A stretch of 64,000 nucleotides of DNA from an uncultured Candidatus Binatia bacterium. GTDB lineage: Bacteria > Desulfobacterota > Binatia > UBA9968 > CAXXLF01. The stretch is from contig OZ244621.1 in NCBI GenBank assembly GCA_965218425.1, positions 288,001-352,000 of the forward strand, in the 5' to 3' direction. Shown in pieces: positions 8,443-18,822 of the stretch (position 1 is its first letter; the number at the start of each line of letters is the position of its first letter). Under the pieces are notes generated by a model. The model ran no database searches. It was not told the DNA's origin and saw only the letters and a list, made by a program, of their open reading frames with translations. Made by a program: the position numbers and the translations under genes.

Positions 8443-10062
8443 CTATATGCATTTCGCCGTTGACCTTTTTACTTTTGCCTTTTTATCAATAAGTATTTCC
8501 CTTGCCGCGTTGTAACCGGGCAATCCTGTCACACCACCACCGGGGTGGGTTCCAGACCCACACAGATAAAGGTTATGGACTGGCGTTCGGTACTGCGCCC
8601 ATCCCCGTAGGGGACGAAGAGAGAAAAGCTGGCCCATGACCATATCCCCGTGAAAGATGTTGCCATGGGTCAGTCCAAAGTCCCGCTCGAGGTCTAACGG
8701 AGTCAAAACTTGCCGGTGAATAATCGCGCTTTTGATATTGGGAGCATAATTTTCCAACGTCTCAATGACTCGATCCGCGTAGCTGTCCCGGAAGTCATCC
8801 CAATTCCCTGATTTGAGACGGTAGGGTGCGTACTGGACGAAGATGGACATGATATGTTTACCGGGCGGAGCCAACGAATCGTCATAGGTTGTGGGAATAC
8901 AACACTCGAGCATGGGGTTGGTTGAAGGAGTCCCCTGCTCGGCGTCGCGCCACGCCTCTTCCATGTAAGCCAGGCTGGGGCAGATGTGAATGGTTCCTTT
9001 GTGCTGCGGCCCCGGCTGGAGCCCGGGAAGGGCAGTGAAATTTGGCAGCTCTCCCAGGATCAAATTGACCTTCATGGCATGACCATCCATTTTTAAACTT
9101 TCAATTCGACTGCGAAATGAAGGCGGCAGATCTCCATTATTCATGAGTGTCAAGAAGGTCTGCTTGGGATCGGCATTGGATACGATGGTCTCAGCCGCGA
9201 TTTCATCGCCATTGCTCATGACGACTCCCACGGCTCTACCGGATCGCGTGCTGATTTTTGCCACGGCTGCTTCACTCTTAATCACTACTCCCTTTGATTC
9301 GGCAGATCTTTTCAAGGCCTGCGTTATGCCGCCCATGCCGCCTTTGACAAAGCCCCAGAGACCCCTTTTGCCCCTCACCTCACCCATGCAATGGTGCAAC
9401 AACACATACGCAGAACCCAGGGTGGAAGGCCCTCCGTTAAACCCAATGACCCCGTCCGTGGCAAGAGTCGCCTTGACAACCTCAGACTGAAAATAATCGT
9501 CCAGAAATCCTTGCACGCTCCGTCCCATGACTCTGGCGAGCCCGGCTAAGTCTCTCCATCCGAGACGTATCATTTCGCCGCCAAGGGTGAAGGTTCTTTT
9601 CCAATCCTCCAGGGTGGTGGGAAGTACGTTGGCCGGTGTCTTTCTGAATTGAGATTCGGCAAAGACCGCCAGGCGGTTGATGAGTTCCTCATAGACGGGA
9701 TACTGCTCGGCGTCGCGCCGCGAGAACTTGGCGATTTCATCAAGGGTCTTTTTATGATCCTGCCAGAAAAGCAAAGATTGACCGTTAGGCAATGGCGTAA
9801 AGGAAGCGGGGTCCTTGGGAAATATGCCGTAACCGAAACGTTTCAGCTCCAAGTCTTCGATCACTCGTGAATCCAGCAAACTGCACACGTAAGATGCCGT
9901 GGAGACCCGATATCCAGGCAGCGGTTCCTCAGTGACGCACGCTCCTCCAACCACTTCCCGTCGCTCCACGACCAAAACCTTTAGGCCCCAACGTGCGAGG
10001 TATCCGGCAGTCACCAGACCATTGTGGCCTGCGCCGATGATAATAACGTCGAACCGTGTCAT
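8443..10062 (-). CDS. Phytoene desaturase family (PYROXD2-like) FAD oxidoreductase
   Basis: IGAGHNGL, GGACVTEE, GGMGGI, GNIFHG, LYLCGSGTHPGGGVTGLPG. Confidence 0.9.
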   Translation of the reverse strand: MTRFDVIIIGAGHNGLVTAGYLARWGLKVLVVERREVVGGACVTEEPLPGYRVSTASYVCSLLDSRVIEDLELKRFGYGIFPKDPASFTPLPNGQSLLFWQDHKKTLDEIAKFSRRDAEQYPVYEELINRLAVFAESQFRKTPANVLPTTLEDWKRTFTLGGEMIRLGWRDLAGLARVMGRSVQGFLDDYFQSEVVKATLATDGVIGFNGGPSTLGSAYVLLHHCMGEVRGKRGLWGFVKGGMGGITQALKRSAESKGVVIKSEAAVAKISTRSGRAVGVVMSNGDEIAAETIVSNADPKQTFLTLMNNGDLPPSFRSRIESLKMDGHAMKVNLILGELPNFTALPGLQPGPQHKGTIHICPSLAYMEEAWRDAEQGTPSTNPMLECCIPTTYDDSLAPPGKHIMSIFVQYAPYRLKSGNWDDFRDSYADRVIETLENYAPNIKSAIIHRQVLTPLDLERDFGLTHGNIFHGDMVMGQLFSLRPLRGWAQYRTPVHNLYLCGSGTHPGGGVTGLPGYNAAREILIDKKAKVKRSTAKCI

Positions 10063-10215
10063 GGGATGAAACCCTGGAACAAGAAGTCAAAAGGGTAAAG
10101 CAAAAAGGAAAAGAGAACGGGGTTAACAATAATGGCGAGGGACGGACCCATGAATCGCTGGTTGGTTATCATCTTCGACGACTCTTGCTCAGGCCTTTAC
10201 ACCAGGCTCTCAGAT

Positions 10216-10980
10216 TTACCGGCGCGAACGTCCAGTCCCGTGCCTTGAAGGCTCGCGCTCAATCTCGCTGCCAAAGGCCCCTGGTTTTCCGTTCAGGAAC
10301 TCCATAGCGATCCGGCCCGCCCCCGCCTCATCGGAAGTGACTTTTTCGGGATGACGGTAATCCTGCTTTTCAATGAACCGCTCGAGCTTGTCTCTCAAGG
10401 ACTTCGCCTTTTTTGCCTGGACCTCCATCAACAAATGGAAATTGGGATGGCTGGAAAAGCGCTCTTCGCTCATAAGAAAATGGGGCAGACAGATTCCTTG
10501 CGACTTCCCATAGGATTGAAAAAATTCTTCCTCCGGGAGTTGTTCCAAGAGCTGCTTCAGATGATAGGACTCGAATTGGCTCACATGGCGACAGACCGGA
10601 CAGGTCCCCTGCTTGATCTTTGGACGGATCTTCCGCTTATTTTTCACGAACACCGATCTGAGAGTTCGCTTTTTGCCGTCCCGTCCGATTCCCGCCAGAC
10701 GCTCAAATTTCTTCAGGAGATCCGAGGCAAGGATGGCGAAACCAACCTGAGGAGAACTGATTTTGGGAAGCTTGGATACTTGCCAGGTATGCCAATTGCA
10801 CAGCCCGAAGGAACGCATCAATTCCAATCGCGTTGGGACATCCATGATGCGCTCGTACATCATCATATCAAGGTAACCAAGGCCATCCTGTATAAACAGC
10901 AAACAAACGGGACACCCTGGTTCCTTCACGGCGTCCAATAGTTTGAAATAGGAGCGTCCTTTTCGTACCTGGGCCATCAC
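10216..10980 (-). CDS. DUF6062-like protein with two CPxC..CxxH modules
   Basis: GCPVC...GLCNWH and TCPVC...GICLPH; FIEKQDYR near the C-terminus. Confidence 0.7.
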   Translation of the reverse strand: MMAQVRKGRSYFKLLDAVKEPGCPVCLLFIQDGLGYLDMMMYERIMDVPTRLELMRSFGLCNWHTWQVSKLPKISSPQVGFAILASDLLKKFERLAGIGRDGKKRTLRSVFVKNKRKIRPKIKQGTCPVCRHVSQFESYHLKQLLEQLPEEEFFQSYGKSQGICLPHFLMSEERFSSHPNFHLLMEVQAKKAKSLRDKLERFIEKQDYRHPEKVTSDEAGAGRIAMEFLNGKPGAFGSEIEREPSRHGTGRSRR

Positions 10981-11194
10981 CTGTGCATAGCATTCCCCCT
11001 TCTTTTTTGACAGAGACCGAAAGCGTTCCGACTCAAACCATAACTCATTCTTCCTCCATCCCGGATCGACTTAAACCTGTCGCAAGGTGAGATGGAGTCG
11101 CAAATCTGACCCCTGCCTTGTGATCGAACGATTTTATCCCCCGGAGTTAAAAACCGCCTGCGATTCAGAACGCTTTTAGACGCCGCGCTCTCTC

Positions 11195-11210
11195 TGGCAC
11201 AAAGATCGCT
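11195..11210 (+). promoter_or_regulatory. Candidate sigma54 (-24/-12) promoter
   Basis: TGGCAC-AAAGA-TCGCT; GG-N10-GC spacing exact, one mismatch to TTGCW. Confidence 0.4.
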
Positions 11211-11307
11211 CGTAGTCCTTGCTAGTCATCGCCGTACTTGAATCGGCCCCCATGGAACTCCCAGGCTTAACCGAGTCCTTGAGGTGCTGACTCAAAGGAG
11301 GATCGCC

Positions 11308-11526
11308 ATGAACAAATTCCATAAGACCGTGGTGGTCGGGTTGGTGACCGTATTCGCTTTTTGCCTGTTCGCAAGCTGTGGTCACTACGATGAAAGGCCT
11401 CAACTAGACTCCGCTTCCGCCCACCGGGGCACTGCCAACCGGCTTGAAGCCGGCTATGCCGGGTGGACCGCCCGACATGAAAGCAACGGTGTTAGGTGTA
11501 AAAACCTCAGACGGAACAGGTGCTGA
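11308..11526 (+). CDS. Small putative lipoprotein
   Basis: AAGGAGG RBS; MNKFHK followed by a hydrophobic stretch and FASC lipobox. Confidence 0.5.
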   Translation: MNKFHKTVVVGLVTVFAFCLFASCGHYDERPQLDSASAHRGTANRLEAGYAGWTARHESNGVRCKNLRRNRC

Positions 11527-11739
11527 ATTCTTCCCTTATCCCAACACTGAGAACTTAACGCCAAACACTTAGTCATAATCTGCGGTTTATTGGCAAGAAT
11601 CTAACCGGTAGCTCATTTGGCACCCTCCGCCAAAATCCGGCGGCTCTGGACATTTTCACGCGATTGCAATATGGATGGCATTGTCCTGATCGGGAAAAAT
11701 CATGGTCCCGACCTGAAACCCATTTGGGGAGGTATTCCA

Positions 11740-13251
11740 ATGAGTGCGAAACCTGCTAAATCCCAGGCGTCCTTCCGTATTCTTGAGGCGACCATAGATG
11801 ATATTCAAGCCGCCTTTGGTTCGAAGCAACTCACCGCACGGCAACTGGTTCAGATGTATCTCAATCGAATCGAGGAGTTCGATCAGAAGGGACCCACCAT
11901 TAATGCGATTATTACCTTGAATTCCAAGGCTCTTGAAGAAGCAGACCGGCTCGATGCTACGTTCAACAAATCCGGACCCGTGGGCCCGCTTCACGGGATA
12001 CCCGTCATCATCAAGGACCAGTTCGATGCCAAGGGAATGCCCACCACCCTGGGTTCGTTGCTTTTCAAGGATTACTATCCGGATCGAGATGCCTTCGTCA
12101 CGGAGAAGCTAAAAAAGGCCGGAGCGATTATTTTAGCAAAGGCCACTTTGGGTGAATTGGGTGGCGGTGATACCCATGGTTCCCTTTTCGGATCCACGCG
12201 TAACCCCTACGATCCGGAACGAACGGTGGGCGGTTCCTCAGGTGGCACTGGAGCCAGCGTATCAGCAAACTTTGCTGCGGTAGGGGTCGGACAGGAGGGG
12301 CTGGCATCCATCCGTAGGCCCTCTACGTGGAACTCCATTGTCGGGATGCGACCGACGGCTGGCCTTGTGAGCCGCGGCGGTGTTTATGCCGGTTGGCCTG
12401 ACATCCATGGTTCTCTTGGCCCCATGGCCCGCACGGTGAGAGACCTGGCTATTGTTCTGGATGTAATGGTTGGCTACGATACCGAAGATCCCCTAACAGC
12501 AAGGGGTGTGGGTCATATCCCAGACAGCTACACAGAGTTTCTCGACAAGAACGGCCTCAAAGGGGCGCGCATCGGCATCTTGCGTGAATCCATTGGTTCT
12601 AATTCCGAGCCCGATTCCGAAGACTTCAACAAGATCACCGAAGTCTTCGACAAGGCAGTTGCCGAACTGAAGGCCGCGGGCGCCGAAATCGTCGACCCCA
12701 TCGTCATACCGAAGGTAAGGGATGCGCTGACCAAACGCTCGGGCAGTCCCACGGGGGCAGATGAATCCTTCAAGGTTTATTTCGGCAGGAGCAAGAAGTT
12801 CCCGTTCAAGTCCCGGGAGGAAGCCAGTCGGTCACCTGACTTTCCTCGAGTCATACAGCGCTCACGAAACCGTTGGCTTTCTTCCCCCGAACCAACCAAA
12901 CACTACGAGTACTTTACGACGCGAGACGAAATAATGAGTAATCTGCTAAAGGTGATGGCCGATCACCAGCTGGACGCCATCGTACACAAGGCAGTGGAAC
13001 ACCAGCCAACACTGATCAAAGACGGGCTCAACCCGCCATTCGTGGATCAAAAGGGAGCCCCCACCCTGAACACATTCTTGGTATTCGTTCCCTCCATCGT
13101 CGTCCCCGCGGGATATACCCGCGACCACCTGCCCGCAGGGATTTGTTTCCTGGGACGGCCCTACGACGACGGTGAAATGATCAAGCTCGCCTATTCCTAT
13201 GAGCAGGCAACCCATCATCGCAGGCCGCCCGCCAGCACCTCGGCACTCTAA
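11740..13251 (+). CDS. Amidase signature family protein
   Basis: GPLHGIPVIIKD, TRNPYD, GGSSGG, SIRRPS; start reassigned to the ATG after GGGAGGT. Confidence 0.92.
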   Translation: MSAKPAKSQASFRILEATIDDIQAAFGSKQLTARQLVQMYLNRIEEFDQKGPTINAIITLNSKALEEADRLDATFNKSGPVGPLHGIPVIIKDQFDAKGMPTTLGSLLFKDYYPDRDAFVTEKLKKAGAIILAKATLGELGGGDTHGSLFGSTRNPYDPERTVGGSSGGTGASVSANFAAVGVGQEGLASIRRPSTWNSIVGMRPTAGLVSRGGVYAGWPDIHGSLGPMARTVRDLAIVLDVMVGYDTEDPLTARGVGHIPDSYTEFLDKNGLKGARIGILRESIGSNSEPDSEDFNKITEVFDKAVAELKAAGAEIVDPIVIPKVRDALTKRSGSPTGADESFKVYFGRSKKFPFKSREEASRSPDFPRVIQRSRNRWLSSPEPTKHYEYFTTRDEIMSNLLKVMADHQLDAIVHKAVEHQPTLIKDGLNPPFVDQKGAPTLNTFLVFVPSIVVPAGYTRDHLPAGICFLGRPYDDGEMIKLAYSYEQATHHRRPPASTSAL

Positions 13252-13359
13252 CCATGCAGTGCAAGGTAATGGGCAAGAGAGTCGTGAGCGTGAATGTAGA
13301 TGGATGGGTACGGGCATGGCAGCCAACCGTATTTTTTTTAATCACTGTCTCTGGTAAGC

Positions 13360-14139
13360 TTGTCAACCATGGATTACCTCGTTCTGCGAAGCTTGACCAA
13401 GCACTTTGACTCCGTTGAAGCGGTTAACGGGGTTAGCCTGAACGTTCAAGCCGGGGAGTTCCTCGTCATCATCGGCGAGAGCGGTTGCGGCAAGACCACA
13501 CTGCTGAGACTCATTGCAGGGTTAGAAGAACCAGACGACGGCATCATCTATATTGGCGGAGCCCCGGTCAATGACGTTCCCGCCGGGCAGAGGGGCGTGC
13601 AGATCATCTTCCAACACTTCGCCCTATGGCCTCATATGAAGGTGTACGATGAGCGCAATTACTCAAACATCAGCTTTCCTTTAAGAGTGAGGCGATGGGC
13701 GAAGGACAAAATTCATCGGCACGTCCGTTCCATCGCCCAGAGTCTTCAGATCCACGAGTCCCTCTTTCAGAGGAAACCCGACACCCTTTCAGGCGGAGAA
13801 AGGCAGCGTGTTGCCATGGCGAGGGCCATGGTCACAGCACCAAAGGTTCTCCTTATGGACGAGCCACTGAGCAACCTCGACCCTCACAGTCGAGCTTCCA
13901 TGAGGGCTGAGATACGTGACTTTCACGAACAGAATCGACTGACCACCATCTATGTCACCCACAATGTCGCCGACGGCATTGACCTGGCGGACCGGATGGC
14001 GGTGATGCGAGCTGGACGCATCGAACAGGTGGATACCGTTCAGGCCATCAAGGAACATCCCGTCAATGAGTACGTGGCGGATTTTTTCAGGCCCGAAGAC
14101 TTAAGATTTAGCCAGATCAAGTCCTGGGGCGGCCGTTGA
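13360..14139 (+). CDS. ABC transporter ATP-binding protein (MalK/PotA-like, orphan)
   Basis: GESGCGKT, LSGGERQR, LLMDEP, YVTH. Confidence 0.9.
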   Translation: MSTMDYLVLRSLTKHFDSVEAVNGVSLNVQAGEFLVIIGESGCGKTTLLRLIAGLEEPDDGIIYIGGAPVNDVPAGQRGVQIIFQHFALWPHMKVYDERNYSNISFPLRVRRWAKDKIHRHVRSIAQSLQIHESLFQRKPDTLSGGERQRVAMARAMVTAPKVLLMDEPLSNLDPHSRASMRAEIRDFHEQNRLTTIYVTHNVADGIDLADRMAVMRAGRIEQVDTVQAIKEHPVNEYVADFFRPEDLRFSQIKSWGGR

Positions 14140-14207
14140 GGGTTTCACTAACTCATGGGGATAATACGATTACGGACAGATTCTAATTGTTATTGATGGG
14201 AGGAGTC

Positions 14208-15380
14208 ATGGCACAAAAACAGGCGAAGAAAAATGGCGCGACCCTACCGAATAACGTGAGCGTCGTTGACTGTGACGGTCATCTGGTGGAGTCCATTCCG
14301 GAATTGGCCGAGTTCATGGACCCAAGCATCCGGCGTCACGCGTTGTCTGGGGGCCGCAACCGGCAGGGGGTATTTCCTACATTGGACGGCATGCATTATC
14401 CCGACCTGGTCGCAGGGGAAGCAGCCCGCTTCAACGCGCGTCGCGACAACTGGACCCAGGCCAGTGAGCACCGCAAAGGCTCGGGGGAGGACTGCGCCGC
14501 CTTTGTGGAGAAAGCAGAAATCACAGACTCCGTCCTCTTTCCGTCGGAGGGTCTCTCCGTGGGCAACTTGCAGATGCTGGAGTACACCAAGCGGCTCTGC
14601 CAGGCCTACAATGACTACGTTGCGGATCGTTATATGAAGATGGACAAACGACTTCACCCTGCAGCGCTGATTCCCATGCTGGATCCCAAGGAAGCCATTC
14701 TGGAGATGCGCCGAGCCGTCAAAGAACTCGCGCTCACTGGAGCCATGCTCCCTTCCCGGGGTTTACCCCTGGATCTCAGCCATGAATACTATTGGCCGGT
14801 TTATGAAGAAGCCGCTTCCCTGGGCTGTGCCCTCGCCATTCTCGGCGGGGCCAACGTCAACCTCGGCATGGACTCGAGCCCCCCGCTTACCTCCAAGACG
14901 CTGCACCACTCGATCCCTTTGATGATCGCCCTAACGGGGTTTATGTTCAGTGGCGTATTCGACCGCTATCCTGACCTTCGAATGGGATTCCTGGAGGGCG
15001 GAGCCGGCTGGGCTGCATTTCTTGTGGACCGGCTTCACCGCCAGGAGAACGTGAGCATCGGCGGAATCACTAAGAGATCCTTCGCCGAGTACATGGCCAG
15101 CGGCCAGATCCTTATCGGCTGCGAGGGTAACGACCTGAGCCTGCCATTCCTGGCAAAGCATGTTGGCGTTGACGCCTTCGCCTACGCTTCGGACTATCCC
15201 CATGAAGTGGACTTGCCGGCGGCCAGGAATATGATCAAAGAGACCCTGGAACAACCGGAGCTCACACTGGAGCAAAAGGCCGCCATTCTCGGTGACAACG
15301 CGAGACGTTTCTTCCGACTTGAGAAGCGAGAGAAAACCAACAGTGATCTGTCCACATCACAGGACTCGATGGTCATCTAG
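14208..15380 (+). CDS. Amidohydrolase_2 family protein
   Basis: DCDGH, FLEGGAGW, ASDYPH, ILGDNA; GGAGG RBS. Confidence 0.88.
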   Translation: MAQKQAKKNGATLPNNVSVVDCDGHLVESIPELAEFMDPSIRRHALSGGRNRQGVFPTLDGMHYPDLVAGEAARFNARRDNWTQASEHRKGSGEDCAAFVEKAEITDSVLFPSEGLSVGNLQMLEYTKRLCQAYNDYVADRYMKMDKRLHPAALIPMLDPKEAILEMRRAVKELALTGAMLPSRGLPLDLSHEYYWPVYEEAASLGCALAILGGANVNLGMDSSPPLTSKTLHHSIPLMIALTGFMFSGVFDRYPDLRMGFLEGGAGWAAFLVDRLHRQENVSIGGITKRSFAEYMASGQILIGCEGNDLSLPFLAKHVGVDAFAYASDYPHEVDLPAARNMIKETLEQPELTLEQKAAILGDNARRFFRLEKREKTNSDLSTSQDSMVI

Positions 15381-15444
15381 CGTCATGTGAAGGACTCGTT
15401 GAAGCCTAAATTCACTTAGGCAAGACAAACAGGAGATTCTTCTT

Positions 15445-16215
15445 ATGTTACTCGAAGAACAGGTGGCACTGGTTACGGGAACAGGACCAAATCTTGGGAG
15501 TGAAATCGCGCGTACCCTGGCAGCCAATGGGGCCAAGGTGGTCTGCCTGGACGCGCGCCAGGACCAGGCGGAAACCGTTTCGGAGCAGATCCGCAAGCAG
15601 GATGGCGACGCCATTGCCGTTGCGGCTGACGTGACCAAGCCGGGAGAGGTTCAACGCGCGGTCATAACCGCGGTGTCCCATTACAAGGCGCTCCATATTC
15701 TCGTTAACAGCGCTGCCATCTCTCCCCGCACGGCCCTATTCGACTTCAACTTGGAGGACTGGCACCGAACCTTGGACATTATCTTGACCGGGACGGTACT
15801 GTGCACTCGCTATGTGGCAGAGAAGATGGTGGAGCAGAAACAGGGAGGCTCCATCATTAATATCCGCTCCACAACCGGCTATCGAGGTAGACCCGATGTG
15901 CTGGCCTATTCCACCGCAAAGGGTGGGTTAATGAACTTGACCAGGAGTCTGGCATTGACCCTGGCTCCGCACAAGATTCGGGTCAATTGCGTGACACCGT
16001 CTTCAGTTGGCGTTCCCCTCTCCAGTGCGGGACAGGGACGTCCCCGGAAGGAAACCGGGGAACCGAACCATATCCCTCTCGGGCGATGGAGTGAAGTGTC
16101 GGATCCGGCCCAAGCGGTCCTTTTCCTGGCCTCGCCCAACGCAAGCTTCATAACCGGTATCGATCTTCCGGTGGACGGCGGCACCCTGGCAAAGAGTGGC
16201 GGTGGGGTAGGCTAA
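15445..16215 (+). CDS. Short-chain dehydrogenase/reductase
   Basis: VTGTGPNLG, YSTAKGG (YxxxK), IRVN, TGIDLPVDGG. Confidence 0.92.
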   Translation: MLLEEQVALVTGTGPNLGSEIARTLAANGAKVVCLDARQDQAETVSEQIRKQDGDAIAVAADVTKPGEVQRAVITAVSHYKALHILVNSAAISPRTALFDFNLEDWHRTLDIILTGTVLCTRYVAEKMVEQKQGGSIINIRSTTGYRGRPDVLAYSTAKGGLMNLTRSLALTLAPHKIRVNCVTPSSVGVPLSSAGQGRPRKETGEPNHIPLGRWSEVSDPAQAVLFLASPNASFITGIDLPVDGGTLAKSGGGVG

Positions 16216-16316
16216 CCTTTCCTGAATTTCTGCTTTCTTCTAATGCTCCCGCTTGGACTGAATCAAATCCGCAGTGGGGAGCCCGGCCACTAACTCGATA
16301 AGAATTGAAGGCGCCG

Positions 16317-16784
16317 TCAGTCTCTGTCCCCCACCATGGTTCCACGGCAGTTACGGGTGCCGCAAAAGCAGGGATGGGCGGCTTTGGCCTTTTTCGTGTG
16401 GCGCTCGCCTAGTTGGAGGTTATAGTCATAGGTCAACTCTGCGCCGGGGCGAATCTTGCGGAGCGTCTCGATGAAGATATGGTCCTTCTCGTCTATGGTC
16501 TCACAGTTGGGCGTGCAGGAGTGATTGATCCAACGGGCGGAATTCCCATTCCTTGTGGCGTCGATAACAATCTTATCGTTGACTGTGAAGAGCATGGTAT
16601 GCGGGGAGTTTTCCTGTTCTTCACCGAATAGCCTATCCGCTTCCCTGTGGGAGATGCGCATGCCCTTGTACTCGATGAGGACGGTGCGCTTGGGGATGGC
16701 TCGGAGCGCAAAGACCCCTTTGCCGTGAATGCTGGATCTGCGGACCACAAAACGCCTGCCTTTTTCTTGCTTAAGACTCGGCAT
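16317..16784 (-). CDS. Bacterial SET-domain protein-lysine methyltransferase
   Basis: IHGKGVFA, RWINHSCTPNC, ELTYDY, post-SET CFCGTRNCRG; start after GGAGGAG. Confidence 0.92.
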   Translation of the reverse strand: MPSLKQEKGRRFVVRRSSIHGKGVFALRAIPKRTVLIEYKGMRISHREADRLFGEEQENSPHTMLFTVNDKIVIDATRNGNSARWINHSCTPNCETIDEKDHIFIETLRKIRPGAELTYDYNLQLGERHTKKAKAAHPCFCGTRNCRGTMVGDRD

Positions 16785-16995
16785 AATCTCCTCCCGTTGT
16801 GCTTTTTGTAAACACGGCCCTCTAAAAAATGGACGGCCTGAATCGCGATGACCTATATTAGCAAGACGAAAGCTCGGAGTCACTAAAAAATTGGTGCAAA
16901 GTTTGGCTTGTTACCGCCGGCGATCCATGTTGACAAGGCGTCACCTCGTACTGTAAAAGCATTTCATATGATTGGACTCGAACACGGAGGTGATT

Positions 16996-18054
16996 ATGGC
17001 AAATTTACCGGTTATCGACACCGATGGACATATCCTGGAACGGCAGGCCGACATACGAAAGCATCTCGAAACCCCTTGGAATCGGCGATCGACTCCCCTG
17101 TGGCCCGGCGACGAGGTGTGGGACAACAACCTTTTTGATACTTTCAAATCCCGAAGCTGGCGTAATCTCGATCCGAAGCAGCAGATTGAGACCTGGCATG
17201 AGTTGATGGACAAGGAAGACATGGAAACAGCAATCTGTTTCCCCACGGGCTCTGGAAACGTCGCCAAGCTACAAGAGGTCCCATTTCAAATCGCTGTGGC
17301 AAAGGGCTGCAACAAGCACTTTGCCCAGGAATACAACGCCCGTTCCAACCGGGTGAGCTGCGTCGGCACCCTGCCCATGCGCTCGCCTGATGCAGCCGCC
17401 GAAGAGCTTCACCGTGCGGTAACGGAAGACGGTCTCAAGGGTTTTGAAATCCTTCCCACCGGACTCTCCCTGGCCTTGGGTAACACCTGCTACGACCCCA
17501 TCTATAAAAAGGCGGAAGAGCTGGGGGTCGTACTGGGCGTGCACGGAACCCGTCACTATTCGCGGGAGGTGGGAACTTCAGGTTTGGCTACTTTCTCCGA
17601 GGTGCACGCCTATGGCTTCCCGGCAGCCATCATGATGCAGTTCACAAGCATCGTCTGCCAGGGTCTACCCATCCGATTTCCCAGGTTGAAACTGGCCTTC
17701 CTGGAAATCGGGGCGACATGGCTCCCCTACTACCTGGATCGGCTCGATGAGCATTGGGAGAAGCGCGGAGAATTTGAAATGCCGCTTCTCAAAAAGAAGC
17801 CAAGCGATGTGGTCCGCGAGTCTTCCATATACATCAGCCTGGAGGCCGAGGAGACGCTGCTTCCACAGACCATTGACTATCTGGGAGCTGAACACTTCCT
17901 GTACGCCTCGGACATACCCCACTGGGACAACGGGTTTCCGGAAAACCTACACCTGCTTAGGAGGCATCCAGCGCTTCCGGATACCGTGAAAGAAAAGATT
18001 CTTTACCAGAACGGGAAAAAGCTTTTCGGCCTGGATGCCCATGGGTCCAATTGA
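16996..18054 (+). CDS. Amidohydrolase_2 family protein
   Basis: DTDGH, LGVHG, FLEIGATW, ASDIPH; GGAGGTG RBS. Confidence 0.9.
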   Translation: MANLPVIDTDGHILERQADIRKHLETPWNRRSTPLWPGDEVWDNNLFDTFKSRSWRNLDPKQQIETWHELMDKEDMETAICFPTGSGNVAKLQEVPFQIAVAKGCNKHFAQEYNARSNRVSCVGTLPMRSPDAAAEELHRAVTEDGLKGFEILPTGLSLALGNTCYDPIYKKAEELGVVLGVHGTRHYSREVGTSGLATFSEVHAYGFPAAIMMQFTSIVCQGLPIRFPRLKLAFLEIGATWLPYYLDRLDEHWEKRGEFEMPLLKKKPSDVVRESSIYISLEAEETLLPQTIDYLGAEHFLYASDIPHWDNGFPENLHLLRRHPALPDTVKEKILYQNGKKLFGLDAHGSN

Positions 18055-18088
18055 GTAAGAAAACGCCAGGCCAATACGGGGGAAAAGG

Positions 18089-18766
18089 ATGAGCGGGCAA
18101 CCAGACGTAGAAAAGATGGCCAAACTCTGGGTAGAAATCGATGCCTTGAGCCAAAGTTTTTACGATCGGGTTTACGCTGTGGCAAAAGAGTTCTGGGCCA
18201 CCAAGCCTTCAGGCGACCGCTTGAACGCCTGGCTTCAGGAGAGGGTTTGGAGCGAACGCGAGGGCGCGAAAATGCATGCCTATGGGGTGGTAAAAATGGC
18301 CGAGGTGCTTGAACCCGGAGATCTGATCTTCCTCTCGCAACAGGCTGCTGACGAGGCACGCCATTTTCAACTGGTGGACGGTTGCCTGCGGGCTCGGGGA
18401 TGGAACATTGACGGCTATCAACCCACGGCGCGGTGGCAATCGATCTTTCAGGAAGACTACGATGCCGCCGACACCCGTGACCCGATTCATCTGTTCTCCA
18501 TATTACATATGGGGGGTGAAGGACCCGCTTCGGCCACAGCCAAAGCTGCCACGGAAGCTTTGAAGGGAACCCCCGATGCGGATATCGCGCGGGCCTATGA
18601 GCAGATCTACCCGGACGAGTCCGGCCACTGGAAGGCCGGTCGTGAAGCCCTCAAAAGATACGCTACGACTCCCGAGGCGCTGGAAAGATCGCGATCCGTC
18701 CTACAAGAAAAAGCCGAACACCTCTTCTCAGGATATAAGCGGCTTGTGGGTGACAAAGGTGCATAG
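18089..18766 (+). CDS. Ferritin-like (diiron carboxylate) protein
   Basis: Two DExxH motifs (ADEARHF, PDESGHW) with preceding Glu; all-helical character. Confidence 0.7.
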   Translation: MSGQPDVEKMAKLWVEIDALSQSFYDRVYAVAKEFWATKPSGDRLNAWLQERVWSEREGAKMHAYGVVKMAEVLEPGDLIFLSQQAADEARHFQLVDGCLRARGWNIDGYQPTARWQSIFQEDYDAADTRDPIHLFSILHMGGEGPASATAKAATEALKGTPDADIARAYEQIYPDESGHWKAGREALKRYATTPEALERSRSVLQEKAEHLFSGYKRLVGDKGA

Positions 18767-18822
18767 CCCCGCCGGAACTCAGGTCCGATCACAGTGAAGC
18801 AACACCCTGAGAGAGTTTCAAC

